In this document: positions 52,416 through 62,137 of the stretch, in pieces | Layout of the letters: the number at the start of each line of letters is the position of its first letter | How positions within the stretch are numbered: the first letter of the stretch is position 1 | From: Eledone cirrhosa | Lineage: Eukaryota | Reading direction: 5' to 3' | Assembly (NCBI GenBank): GCA_964016885.1 | Contig: OZ024743.1 | Coordinates: forward strand, 188,914,001 to 188,978,000 | Length of the DNA stretch: 64,000 nucleotides | The notes under the pieces: generated by a model | What the model saw: the letters and a program-made list of their open reading frames with translations, nothing else | Databases searched by the model: none | Told to the model about the DNA's origin: nothing | Made by a program: the position numbers and the translations under genes

Positions 52416-54089
52416 TGCAGCAACAACAAAAGTACCAGCAGCTCTGACGACAACAACAACAGCAGAGAAAAACCAATCTCATTTGCAGGTATTGCGAAAA
52501 ACTTGGAAACAATCCTCATAACAAATGAGGAATTAGAGGAAGCGAAGAAGATGGTGACAAAGAACGGACACCGAGCAATCTGCAAGGCAGCGGAAAAATT
52601 TTTCGAAACCCAAGAGCACTGTACGGTCACGTACCGTACAGTAAGTACAAAATCCCGTAGGGTGGAAAGAGCCACAGAGGCCCAAATACAAAAAGCCTTG
52701 GGGTCTGTGTGGCAGCGGAAAACGCACATCACCCGAGGCAAAAAATATGCCACCGTAGACGTACTTTTTGCCACACCCCAGGAGGCAAAGGCCCAATCAG
52801 TAGTGACCCTAAGGAGCGAGGAAATGGTGTTGGTGCCCTCCTACTGTGGGCAAAAAATTGTGAGGGTCAAACTGACCCACGTCCCCCCCGGAATGACCCC
52901 TTCTTGGCTGGCCGCGTCTGTCCTCGTCGGAATCGAGGACAAAACAACTGTACTGCAAGTACAGAAGAAAGTAAGAGAAGATTGGGTCGGCTCCTCCATT
53001 GAGATGCTAATCCAAACCAACCAGGAGTGCATCGAAGCTATCCCGGATGTGATAGACTTCGATAACGGCACTCAACTGCCCATAAGCGTTGAGGGCAAAC
53101 GCCCGAAATGCTTTCGCTGTGGATCGAAGACTCACCTCAGGGCCTTCTGCAACGAGAAGACCCTGAGAAAGGAGAAAACCCCCCTCCTTCCGAATCCGGC
53201 TCCACGGCTACCAGCAACAGGACAAGCGGCAACCAGGAACGATAGGCCCGTGGCACCCATATCCACTCCACGGAAATCAAAAACAGCAGCAGCAGTGGAA
53301 ATACTAACAACAACAACAGCAATACCAAATGCAGCTGCAACAGAGACTCCAGTGCAAACATCACCAACAACAACAAGTGAAAGAGTGGAGCTGGTACCCC
53401 TCCCCGACCTCACAGAATCAGACATGGAGTGTGAGGTGGGAGAGAGATGGCAAAAGGTCGTAAGAAGGCACAAACGCAGAAGCAGCGCATCGTCGCCTTT
53501 GAAAAGGGAGGAAAGAAATGAGAAAAGGGTAAAGTCTACTGCAAAGAGACCCACAGCAGCAACAACACCAACACCATCACCACCCACACTAGCGCCACCA
53601 TCACCACCGGCGACAACCCCACCGCCAACAACACCTTCAACACCACCACCACAAGCACCAACATCGCAAACACAACAACAAAACACACACACCCAGCAAC
53701 AACGACAAGAAAATAGCAGAACCACACCCCACCCCCAGAAAAACAAATGCACGGCAATAAATACACACAACAAGAAACTAATGACTTACATAATTGAACA
53801 CACAGACATTTCACAACAGGACTACATAATACCAGCACCAATCAAAACGCCAACTAACATAAGACTGCTAAAAATAGCACAGAAACAATACACAAATATT
53901 AAAACGAAATTCCCCAACGCAGTTGGTGATTTCAGGGACCTAGGAGGAACCATCAATCGAAGAGTATACTCAGACATTCTCTTAGAAGAGCCGACGACCA
54001 GCCGAAGGGACGATTCAACGGTCCCTTCACCAGACGATCAAGTGAAAAGGGATGTAAAAACCATCCCTCCTCTACCAAAAGTACGGTAA
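52416..54089 (+). CDS. Tx1-type ORF1 (gag-like, CCHC zinc knuckle, Pro/Thr-rich tail)
   Basis: CFRCGSKTHLRAFC knuckle. The frame is open from the 5' junction (..SREKPISFAGIAKNLET..); the first in-frame ATG is at 52551. Confidence 0.85.
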   Translation, partial: CSNNKSTSSSDDNNNSREKPISFAGIAKNLETILITNEELEEAKKMVTKNGHRAICKAAEKFFETQEHCTVTYRTVSTKSRRVERATEAQIQKALGSVWQRKTHITRGKKYATVDVLFATPQEAKAQSVVTLRSEEMVLVPSYCGQKIVRVKLTHVPPGMTPSWLAASVLVGIEDKTTVLQVQKKVREDWVGSSIEMLIQTNQECIEAIPDVIDFDNGTQLPISVEGKRPKCFRCGSKTHLRAFCNEKTLRKEKTPLLPNPAPRLPATGQAATRNDRPVAPISTPRKSKTAAAVEILTTTTAIPNAAATETPVQTSPTTTSERVELVPLPDLTESDMECEVGERWQKVVRRHKRRSSASSPLKREERNEKRVKSTAKRPTAATTPTPSPPTLAPPSPPATTPPPTTPSTPPPQAPTSQTQQQNTHTQQQRQENSRTTPHPQKNKCTAINTHNKKLMTYIIEHTDISQQDYIIPAPIKTPTNIRLLKIAQKQYTNIKTKFPNAVGDFRDLGGTINRRVYSDILLEEPTTSRRDDSTVPSPDDQVKRDVKTIPPLPKVR

Positions 54090-57000
54090 GTGGTCTTTCC
54101 CATCTTTTCCACTCTATTTTAAACATGACCTCACTCAGAATAGGCAGCATAAATGCGCGTGGCTTGGGGTCGTCATGGAAGCAGGGTCACCTGCTCAACG
54201 ACCTCAGGTCACTAAACATAGATGTAGTGGCCATCAGCGAGACCAGAATCTCCGAAGCACGGGCCTTCGCACCGATCTTCGGCGGCTACGATGTGTACGC
54301 ATCTCCCAGCCGTCCTGGATCCGGTGGAGGAGTTGCTGTACTTTTTCGGAGAGGTTTGGATCTCGCCATACGGGCCATCTTCCTGGACCCAGAGGGTAAG
54401 CTGGTGGTGCTGGACGTGACCAGCGGAGACGGGCAAGCTTTCAGGCTAGTGGCCGTCTATGCCCCGACAGGAGCAGGGCGGCCTGATTTCTTCCGGCGTC
54501 TGGAGACCTTTCTTGGAACGTCCCGCTCTTTAGTGTTAGTGGGCGACTGGAACGGGATCTTAGATGCACGCTGGGACTGTGTGGGATTAGCGGATAGGGG
54601 TGGAGGGTGCAAGAGCCTCACCAACCTGCTCAGGCGTTTTGAACTGTCTGACAGGTACCGATTGGATTTCCCGAATGTGCCAATGTGGACTTGGACAAAC
54701 CGCATAGGGTCATCCAGATCATATCTAGATAGAGTATTTTGTAGGGAAATAGATAGGTCTAGCATAGGCTGTCCACAATTCAAGATAGTCAGCTACACGG
54801 ACCACAAATTCGTGATCTGTGTGCTTGACTTAGATAGGCTTCATAGACGAGGACCCGGCTACTGGAAGCTAAACGCGTCCTTACCAGCGCGCAAGGCCTA
54901 CAGAGACCGGATTAGCGAACTAGTTAAGCGGGCGTTGACGGGGGCCATCGTCAACAAGTGGTGGTTTGCTCTGAAAAGAGCGATTAGAATAGAATCGATT
55001 AGGTTTAGTAAGGCTTTAGCAATAGAGAAAAATAGAGCAGAGGGAGAACTAGTTAGAAAATTAGACGAGGCGCTTAGCAAAGGCATTGCGACCGACGTGC
55101 TTGCGGCGAAATTGGCCCTTGACCAATTCTTCAATGCAAAGCACGAAGGCTGCGTTGTCAGAGCTAGGGTGCGTGCTCTCAGACACGAGGGGACGAAAGC
55201 CGTTCAATGGGCCCGAGTGGCGGAGGCGCGTCGTGGCAACAAAGCCACGATCCGGTCTTTGGTGGACCACGACGGGCGCATGCTACTCGATCCCGGGCAA
55301 ATGTGTGAAGCTTTTCAGCGACACTTCGCTCAGCTGTTCGGGGGCAGCGGGGGGCCGGGTAGAGGGATGGACTTTAGTGTCTACCTCGACGGACTGCCGC
55401 GGCTCTCGGCCACTGAGGCGAGGTGTTGCGAAAAGCCGATAACAGCCGCTGAAGTAAGGGAGGCAATGACTGGCTGCACAAGGGGTAAATCGCCTGGTTT
55501 GGATGGTCTGCCCTATGAACTTTACGTACAGATGCCAGACTTGTTCGGAGGCCTCTTGGCGGACGTCTACTGCAACTGGCAACAGAACGGGAGAATTCCC
55601 AGTTCTGTGAGCCGAGGAGCGGTGGCACTGCTGAGAAAGGATCCGAACAAGGGGGATAACATAGACAATTTCCGGCCCATAACTCTGCTAAACACAGAGT
55701 TTAAGATTTTGGCCAAGGTGCTAGCAAAGAGGTTGGCGCTTGTCGTTGGTGGTCTGGTGGGAGAGGCGCAGACATGCGCCATTCCCGACAGATCCATCCA
55801 CGACAACCTCCACCTCATGCGATACATCGTAGAGAGGGTAGCTAGGGAACCTGGCACGGGTGGGTCCTTGATCAATTTAGATCAGTCGAAAGCTTTCGAT
55901 AGGGTCGACCATCGTTACCTAGCGGCAGTCCTGAGGGCGGCTGGCTTTGGGCCCGTCTTCAGAGGCTGGATCGCTGCCATGCACAGCGACATCTGCTCTG
56001 TGGTGAGAGTGAACGGTCACCTGTCGGAACCGTTCAACATCATGCGCTCGGTCCGCCAAGGATGTCCCCTCTCGTCCCTCTTGTACGTATTGACTCTCGA
56101 GCCATTACTGCACAAACTGGAGACGTTGAGGGGAGTCCCGCGCGAACTAGGATGCGGAAGATCCGTGTCAGCATATGCGGACGATGTCACCGTAGTGGTG
56201 TCGAACGCCAAACACATCGAGGCGATCGGCACTACACTAAGAGAATACGAAGCGGTGACAGGAGCAATGATCAACCAGGAAAAGTCAGTGGGCCTGCAGC
56301 TCGGCACCTGGAGAGGCAGGTCCATGCCGTCCAACAGCGTCGTCGGGCGCTGGACGGACGGACCGGTTAAATTGCTAGGGGTCTGGTTCGGTCCGGACCT
56401 CCAGACGGACAAAAACTGGGACGAGGTGACGAGCAGGGTGGCTTCTCTCACCCAGAAATGGGCGGAGAGGAAGCTATCCCTGAAAGGTCGAGCGGAGGTG
56501 GCTAACGCGTACATCGCGTCTGTCATCTGCTACCGCCTAACCGTCGTACCTTGTCCTAAGCCTCGCCTGACTGCGCTGGAGCGTTTGCTCTTTCGCTTTT
56601 TGTGGAAGGGACGTGCTCCGATGGTCAGGCGGTCCATCTGTTGTCAACACCCGCTACGTGGAGGGCTGGGCATGCCGTGGCTGATGATGCGCAGGCACGC
56701 GCTCAGGCTACGACATCTCCACCTCTTCCTCGACGGTGATCAGGTGTGGTCGCCGTTTGCTAGACGCGTTTTTCCCCAGCTCGTTTCCTTGACGGAGCTG
56801 CAGTCCTGGGTCAAGCGAAGACCGAGAGGGAGCGCCTGGAGACTGGAATGTCTTCAGGCGCTCACAGCCCTCGACCAATCGGGCAATGTGATCGGTGGAA
56901 ACTCCACCTCGGCGTTCTATAGAGGATTAGTGGAGGGGAAGAGCGACGACGTACTTGGGGAAACTCTAGGCGTCGACGAAAATCAACTAGCCAATCTCTT

Positions 57001-57803
57001 CGGAAGAACTTTCGGGCCAGGGCCTATGGACAACTTCCAGAAATCTCTGGCCTGGCAGTGCTACCGAGGAGCCTTGCCAGTTCGGGATAAACTCTACAGG
57101 CATGGAGGTGCCGTCAGCCGGGCATGTCCGAGATGCGCGCAGGGCGACGAAACCGTCCTGCACGCACTCGTCCAGTGTCCGAAAATTGCTGACTTGTGGG
57201 TTTATGTCGAACACCTGCTGTCGCGTTTAGGACGGATCCAGTTATCATCTGAGTCTATCGTGAGGATTGCCCCGCCCTCCTCCTTTAGCCGGGAAGGGCA
57301 GGCAGTTTTTATCTGTCTGGTGGCCATGGCGAAAGAGATAGTATGGTGGACACGTTTGAAAGGGCTGAAGACGAGCACTTACCTCTTCGGTGATGCTCTG
57401 ATTGACTTTTTCAAATTTCATTTGAAAAGGAAAATCAGAGTAGAGAAGGAAGTGCTCTCTTCCCAGCATTTTGTTGAAAGATGGGTGAGAGAAGCAAGAA
57501 TGGCCCGAGTGAATGGGCCGACTCTGAGTATATATCTGTAAACTAAAGGTGGAAAACTGGGAGAGGGCACTTGCCTTGGTGGTCAGGGTCATTGTGGCTT
57601 TTTACTGGGCTTTCTCCACAAATGTCTCTCCGAAGTCTCCCCCCTATTGGGGAATTTTTCATTGTTATTTTCATTGTTATTTTTGTTACATCCTCTGTTT
57701 TTGTTTTTTTACACGCAGAAATGCCCATTTGTACCGTCCTGCATTGTCCTGCACTGTCCTTAATGTCTACTTTATGTAAACCCTTGTGGTTAATAAAGAA
57801 ATC
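52417..57803 (+). mobile_element. Near full-length L1/Tx1-clade non-LTR retrotransposon
   Basis: Two open ORFs, 35-nt spacer, 3' UTR with AATAAA (57792-57797), and ATTATTAC(TA)n on both sides. Confidence 0.95.
54125..57541 (+). CDS. Tx1-type ORF2: AP endonuclease + reverse transcriptase + C-terminal CCHC
   Basis: 1138 aa uninterrupted: SINARGL, AISET, VYAP, GDWN, YLDRVF, TDH; KSPGLDG, FRPITLLN, DQSKAFDRVDH, VRQGCPLS, YADD; CPRC..ETVLHALVQC. Confidence 0.96.
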   Translation: MTSLRIGSINARGLGSSWKQGHLLNDLRSLNIDVVAISETRISEARAFAPIFGGYDVYASPSRPGSGGGVAVLFRRGLDLAIRAIFLDPEGKLVVLDVTSGDGQAFRLVAVYAPTGAGRPDFFRRLETFLGTSRSLVLVGDWNGILDARWDCVGLADRGGGCKSLTNLLRRFELSDRYRLDFPNVPMWTWTNRIGSSRSYLDRVFCREIDRSSIGCPQFKIVSYTDHKFVICVLDLDRLHRRGPGYWKLNASLPARKAYRDRISELVKRALTGAIVNKWWFALKRAIRIESIRFSKALAIEKNRAEGELVRKLDEALSKGIATDVLAAKLALDQFFNAKHEGCVVRARVRALRHEGTKAVQWARVAEARRGNKATIRSLVDHDGRMLLDPGQMCEAFQRHFAQLFGGSGGPGRGMDFSVYLDGLPRLSATEARCCEKPITAAEVREAMTGCTRGKSPGLDGLPYELYVQMPDLFGGLLADVYCNWQQNGRIPSSVSRGAVALLRKDPNKGDNIDNFRPITLLNTEFKILAKVLAKRLALVVGGLVGEAQTCAIPDRSIHDNLHLMRYIVERVAREPGTGGSLINLDQSKAFDRVDHRYLAAVLRAAGFGPVFRGWIAAMHSDICSVVRVNGHLSEPFNIMRSVRQGCPLSSLLYVLTLEPLLHKLETLRGVPRELGCGRSVSAYADDVTVVVSNAKHIEAIGTTLREYEAVTGAMINQEKSVGLQLGTWRGRSMPSNSVVGRWTDGPVKLLGVWFGPDLQTDKNWDEVTSRVASLTQKWAERKLSLKGRAEVANAYIASVICYRLTVVPCPKPRLTALERLLFRFLWKGRAPMVRRSICCQHPLRGGLGMPWLMMRRHALRLRHLHLFLDGDQVWSPFARRVFPQLVSLTELQSWVKRRPRGSAWRLECLQALTALDQSGNVIGGNSTSAFYRGLVEGKSDDVLGETLGVDENQLANLFGRTFGPGPMDNFQKSLAWQCYRGALPVRDKLYRHGGAVSRACPRCAQGDETVLHALVQCPKIADLWVYVEHLLSRLGRIQLSSESIVRIAPPSSFSREGQAVFICLVAMAKEIVWWTRLKGLKTSTYLFGDALIDFFKFHLKRKIRVEKEVLSSQHFVERWVREARMARVNGPTLSIYL

Positions 57804-58305
57804 ATTATTACTATATATATATATATTATTATTATTATACACATATTATTATTACTATATATATATATAGCGAGAATCGTATTTCAGCTATTGGAAATTA
57901 GCGAAAAACAACTTCCGAGATGTGTGGAAAGCGCTCCATAGAAGCTAGTGAACTAGAGCTACAACATAAGTTAAAAGGCCAAACACACTGAGACGATGGT
58001 TAAACCATTATCCGCACAGCCATTGAAACGCCCAAGTAATTCGGGTCAAACAAATAAAATATGATTATATATATACACATAATAATAAGTTACAGTATCG
58101 TAAAAGAGTATAGAAAGAAGAGATATAGAGAGGTGCGATATAGAATATTACATGCCAAAAGCAAATGCGTAGTGTGCTTGCTTGGGTTATTAGGGTTAAA
58201 TATTAGAGAAAGTTAATATTTTACGTAAGGTTTAAGCAGAGCCGGAATAAGCAAATGAATGAGTGATTGAAAGAGTTACAAGCCATTAAAACATATCCTT
58301 ATATA

Positions 58306-58344
58306 GCTCTTACACGTGTTTCACACAGAGGGTTCATCGGAGGC
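58306..58344 (-). ncRNA. Decayed minimal hammerhead motif
   Basis: Minus strand reads GCCT-CCGATGA-ACCCTCTGTGT-GAAA-CACGTG-TA-AGAGC: U4 to C change, palindromic stem III. Confidence 0.45.
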
Positions 58345-58496
58345 AGATATTAATAAGTAAGGTCCTTAATTACATACCCTGAGAGGGTATAATAATATCA
58401 GATCGTAGGGATTTTAGATGCTATGGGTATAAATACGGTAAAAGGAATATGATTCGGTAAGGGAGGTAATTACTGGTGCCCGTAGAACGTTTACTC

Positions 58497-58540
58497 CATA
58501 ACTTATGACCAGTACCAGCTGGTACTGGTCATAAGTTATG
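58497..58540. repeat. Perfect 44-bp palindrome without spacer
   Basis: CATAACTTATGACCAGTACCAG|CTGGTACTGGTCATAAGTTATG. Confidence 0.97.
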
Positions 58541-58549
58541 CACTAAACA

Positions 58550-58955
58550 TTATGTATATATATATATGTATCTATATATATATACATACATATATATACG
58601 TATATATATACATAAATATATATATATACATACATATATACATAAATATATATATACATACATATATATATACATACATAAATAAATACATATATATATA
58701 CATACATACATAAATAAATACATATATATATACATACATAAATAAATACATATATACATACATATATATATACATACATATATACATACATATATATATA
58801 TACATATATACATACATATATATATATATATACATATATACATACACATATATACATACATATATATATATATACATATATACATACATATATATATACA
58901 CATATATATACATACATACATATATATATACATACATACATATATATATACATAC

Positions 58956-59038
<83 letters not shown>

Positions 59039-59068
59039 TACATACATATATATATATACACACACATA
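58550..59068. repeat. (TA)/(TACA) microsatellite array
   Basis: Directly visible. Confidence 0.95.
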
Positions 59069-59069
59069 T

Positions 59070-60085
59070 GCCCTGTCTGGTACATAAACAACATCCCTCA
59101 CTTGCTATGCTGATGACACTAAGGTAGCACAAGCAATCAAAAACCCGGCTGACACTGCCCTTTTACAGCAGGATCTGGATGCCATATACAGATGGGCGGA
59201 AGAAAACAACATGCAGTTTAATGCTGGCAAATTCCAACCCCTACAATACAAACCTCCAAACAAACCAGCAAACACAAACATAGTACAACACAACTACACA
59301 GGACCAGGAGGGACTGATATCCCCGTGTCAAAATCGATACGAGTCCTGGGCATAGACATGAGCGATGATGCATCTTTTTCTTCACACATCATGAAAGTGG
59401 CGACAATGTGCTGACGACTCGCTGGCTGGATCTTGAGGACTTTCCGGACAAGAGATCGAGACACCATGTTGACACTATGGCGGACATTTGTCCTAAGCCG
59501 CCTGGACTACTGCTCCCAGTTGTGGTCACCCCATAGTGTCAAACTAACCACGGAGCTTGAGGCAATCCAACGAAGCTACACCAAGAGGATTGCCACGAGG
59601 AAGGACACAAGCTACTGGGAGAGGCTAAAGGAACTGAACCTCTACTCCTTCGAATGAAGACGGGAGAGATACGCAGTGATCTACATGAGGAAAATCCTGG
59701 AGGGACTAGCACCAGACTTTGGCATTGGGAGCTGGACCAACCGTCGAACAGGACGTCACTGTGCGGTGCCAAAGGTCCCGTCTTCCACATCTAGAATAAG
59801 AAGCAGGTATTGCATTAGCCTGGGATTCAAGGGCCCTCATCTCTTCAACAGGCTGCCGAGGTATCTGAGAGATTTGCATGACGTGGAAGTGGATGTCTTC
59901 AAGAAACATCTCGACACCTTTTTATCAAGCCCACAGCAAGGCACGAGGGAAACCTAAGGGCAGCAGCAACAAACTCCCTCTTACACCAGTGGCCAACCTA
60001 TACAGGCTGGAGATAAAATGTGTAGCAGCAAGGGCGGTGCCCCAGCATGGCCTCAGCCGGATGGCTGAAACAGGTAAAAGAGTAA
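59070..60085 (+). mobile_element. 5'-truncated, decayed CR1-like LINE
   Basis: YADDTK (59106) ..LQQDLDAIYRWAEENNMQFNAGKFQ..RVLG..SRLDYCSQLWSP..LEAIQR..YWERLKELNLYS. The 3' end has a stem-loop TCAGCC-GGAT-GGCTGA and GTAAAAGAGTAA. Confidence 0.88.
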
Positions 60086-60181
60086 TACATATATATATAT
60101 ATATACATACATACATATATATATATATGCATATATTTATATATGCATATATATATATATATACATATATATATATGCATA

Positions 60182-60233
<52 letters not shown>

Positions 60234-60264
60234 CACATATATATACATATATGTATATATATGC

Positions 60265-60355
<91 letters not shown>

Positions 60356-60516
60356 CATATGCATATATATAAACATATATATATACATATATATATATAT
60401 ATACATATATAGATACATATATATATATATACATATATATACATATATATACATATATATATATATACATATATATACATATATATACATATATACATAT
60501 ATATACATATATATAC

Positions 60517-60563
<47 letters not shown>

Positions 60564-60689
60564 CATATATATATACATATATATATATATATACATATAC
60601 ATACACACACACACATATATATATACATACATATATATATATACATACATACATATATACACATATATATATATATACATACGTATATA

Positions 60690-60721
<32 letters not shown>

Positions 60722-60909
60722 CATACGTATATGTATATATACATATATATATAGATATATATATATATATACATACATACGTATATGTATATATACATAT
60801 ATATATACATACATATATATATATATATATATACATACGTTTATGTATATATACATATATATATATACATACATACATATATACACATATATATATACAT
60901 ACGTATATA

Positions 60910-60943
<34 letters not shown>

Positions 60944-60966
60944 TACATACGTATATGTATATATAC

Positions 60967-60997
<31 letters not shown>

Positions 60998-60998
60998 C

Positions 60999-61033
<35 letters not shown>

Positions 61034-61214
61034 CGTATATGTATATATACATATATATATACATACATATATATATATATATATACCAACGTTTATGTAT
61101 ATATACATATATATACATACATATATATATACATATACATACGTATATGTATATATACATACATATATATATATACATACATACGTATATGTATATATAC
61201 ATACATATATATAT

Positions 61215-61275
<61 letters not shown>
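60086..61275. repeat. Roughly 1.2-kb (TA)/(TACA) microsatellite array
   Basis: Directly visible. Confidence 0.95.
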
Positions 61276-61408
61276 GATTTTGAGTTTATGTTGGTTGTAT
61301 ACCAACACCAGTGAATTAACAACCCAACAAGGAACTGGGAATATCAGAGTATTGACATTATTATACACCTAAACAACATATGTACTTGTCTATACCATAC
61401 TAATTCAA

Positions 61409-61463
61409 ACTGCCTGAAGAGGTCACAGCCAAATATGGCTGTCACTGAAATATATATAGCAGT
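61409..61463 (+). ncRNA. Minimal type-I hammerhead ribozyme (essentially intact)
   Basis: ACTGC-CTGAAGA-GGTCACAGCC[AAATAT]GGCTGTCACT-GAAA-TATATA-TA-GCAGT: 5-bp stem I, full core, 9 of 10 pairs in stem II, palindromic stem III; AATAAA follows immediately. Confidence 0.85.
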
Positions 61464-61954
61464 AATAAACGAAGCTAAATTTTAATTATTTGACTTTTAT
61501 GTAACTTTATATATACATATATATATACATACATATATATATATATATACATATATATATACATACATATATACACATATATATATATACATATATATAT
61601 ATATGTATATATACATATACAAATTAATATAAATTAATATATGATAAACACTAATACAATTATATAAGTGTTTGTATTGGAAATGACCAAGTTAGCTAGA
61701 TTGAAAATTACTAATTAAATTAATACAGTTTGCCTCTCTCGATTTAAAATAATAAATCAATAAAAACAAACGCATATTGGCAATAGCCATGATACCTGGA
61801 CAAATTTGAATTTCAAAACTCAAATCCGTTTCACAACAATAAGTGAAAATTCCATTTCTGTGCTCATCTGCAGGTATCCAGAAGTTGGTATGTTTCACCT
61901 CAAAAATACTTAGGATAACTGAGAGAAAAATATGTTTTTGAGCTATTTAATTGT

Positions 61955-62100
61955 ACATATGATGGCTGCCCCCTCGTTATGGAGTATGGCCATTGCACGA
62001 GGAGAAAAAAAAAAAAAAAAAATAAATAAATAAAAAGAAAATAAATAAAATTTAAAAAAAAAAATTAATAAATAAATAAAAAAGAAAATAAAAAAAAGAA

Positions 62101-62137
<37 letters not shown>

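Noticed and set aside
58543-61368. Long Y/I/M/C/H-rich ORFs (also 9745-10356 and 34358-34955)
   Set aside because: Translations of TA/CA microsatellites, which lack stop codons in several frames; not protein-coding.
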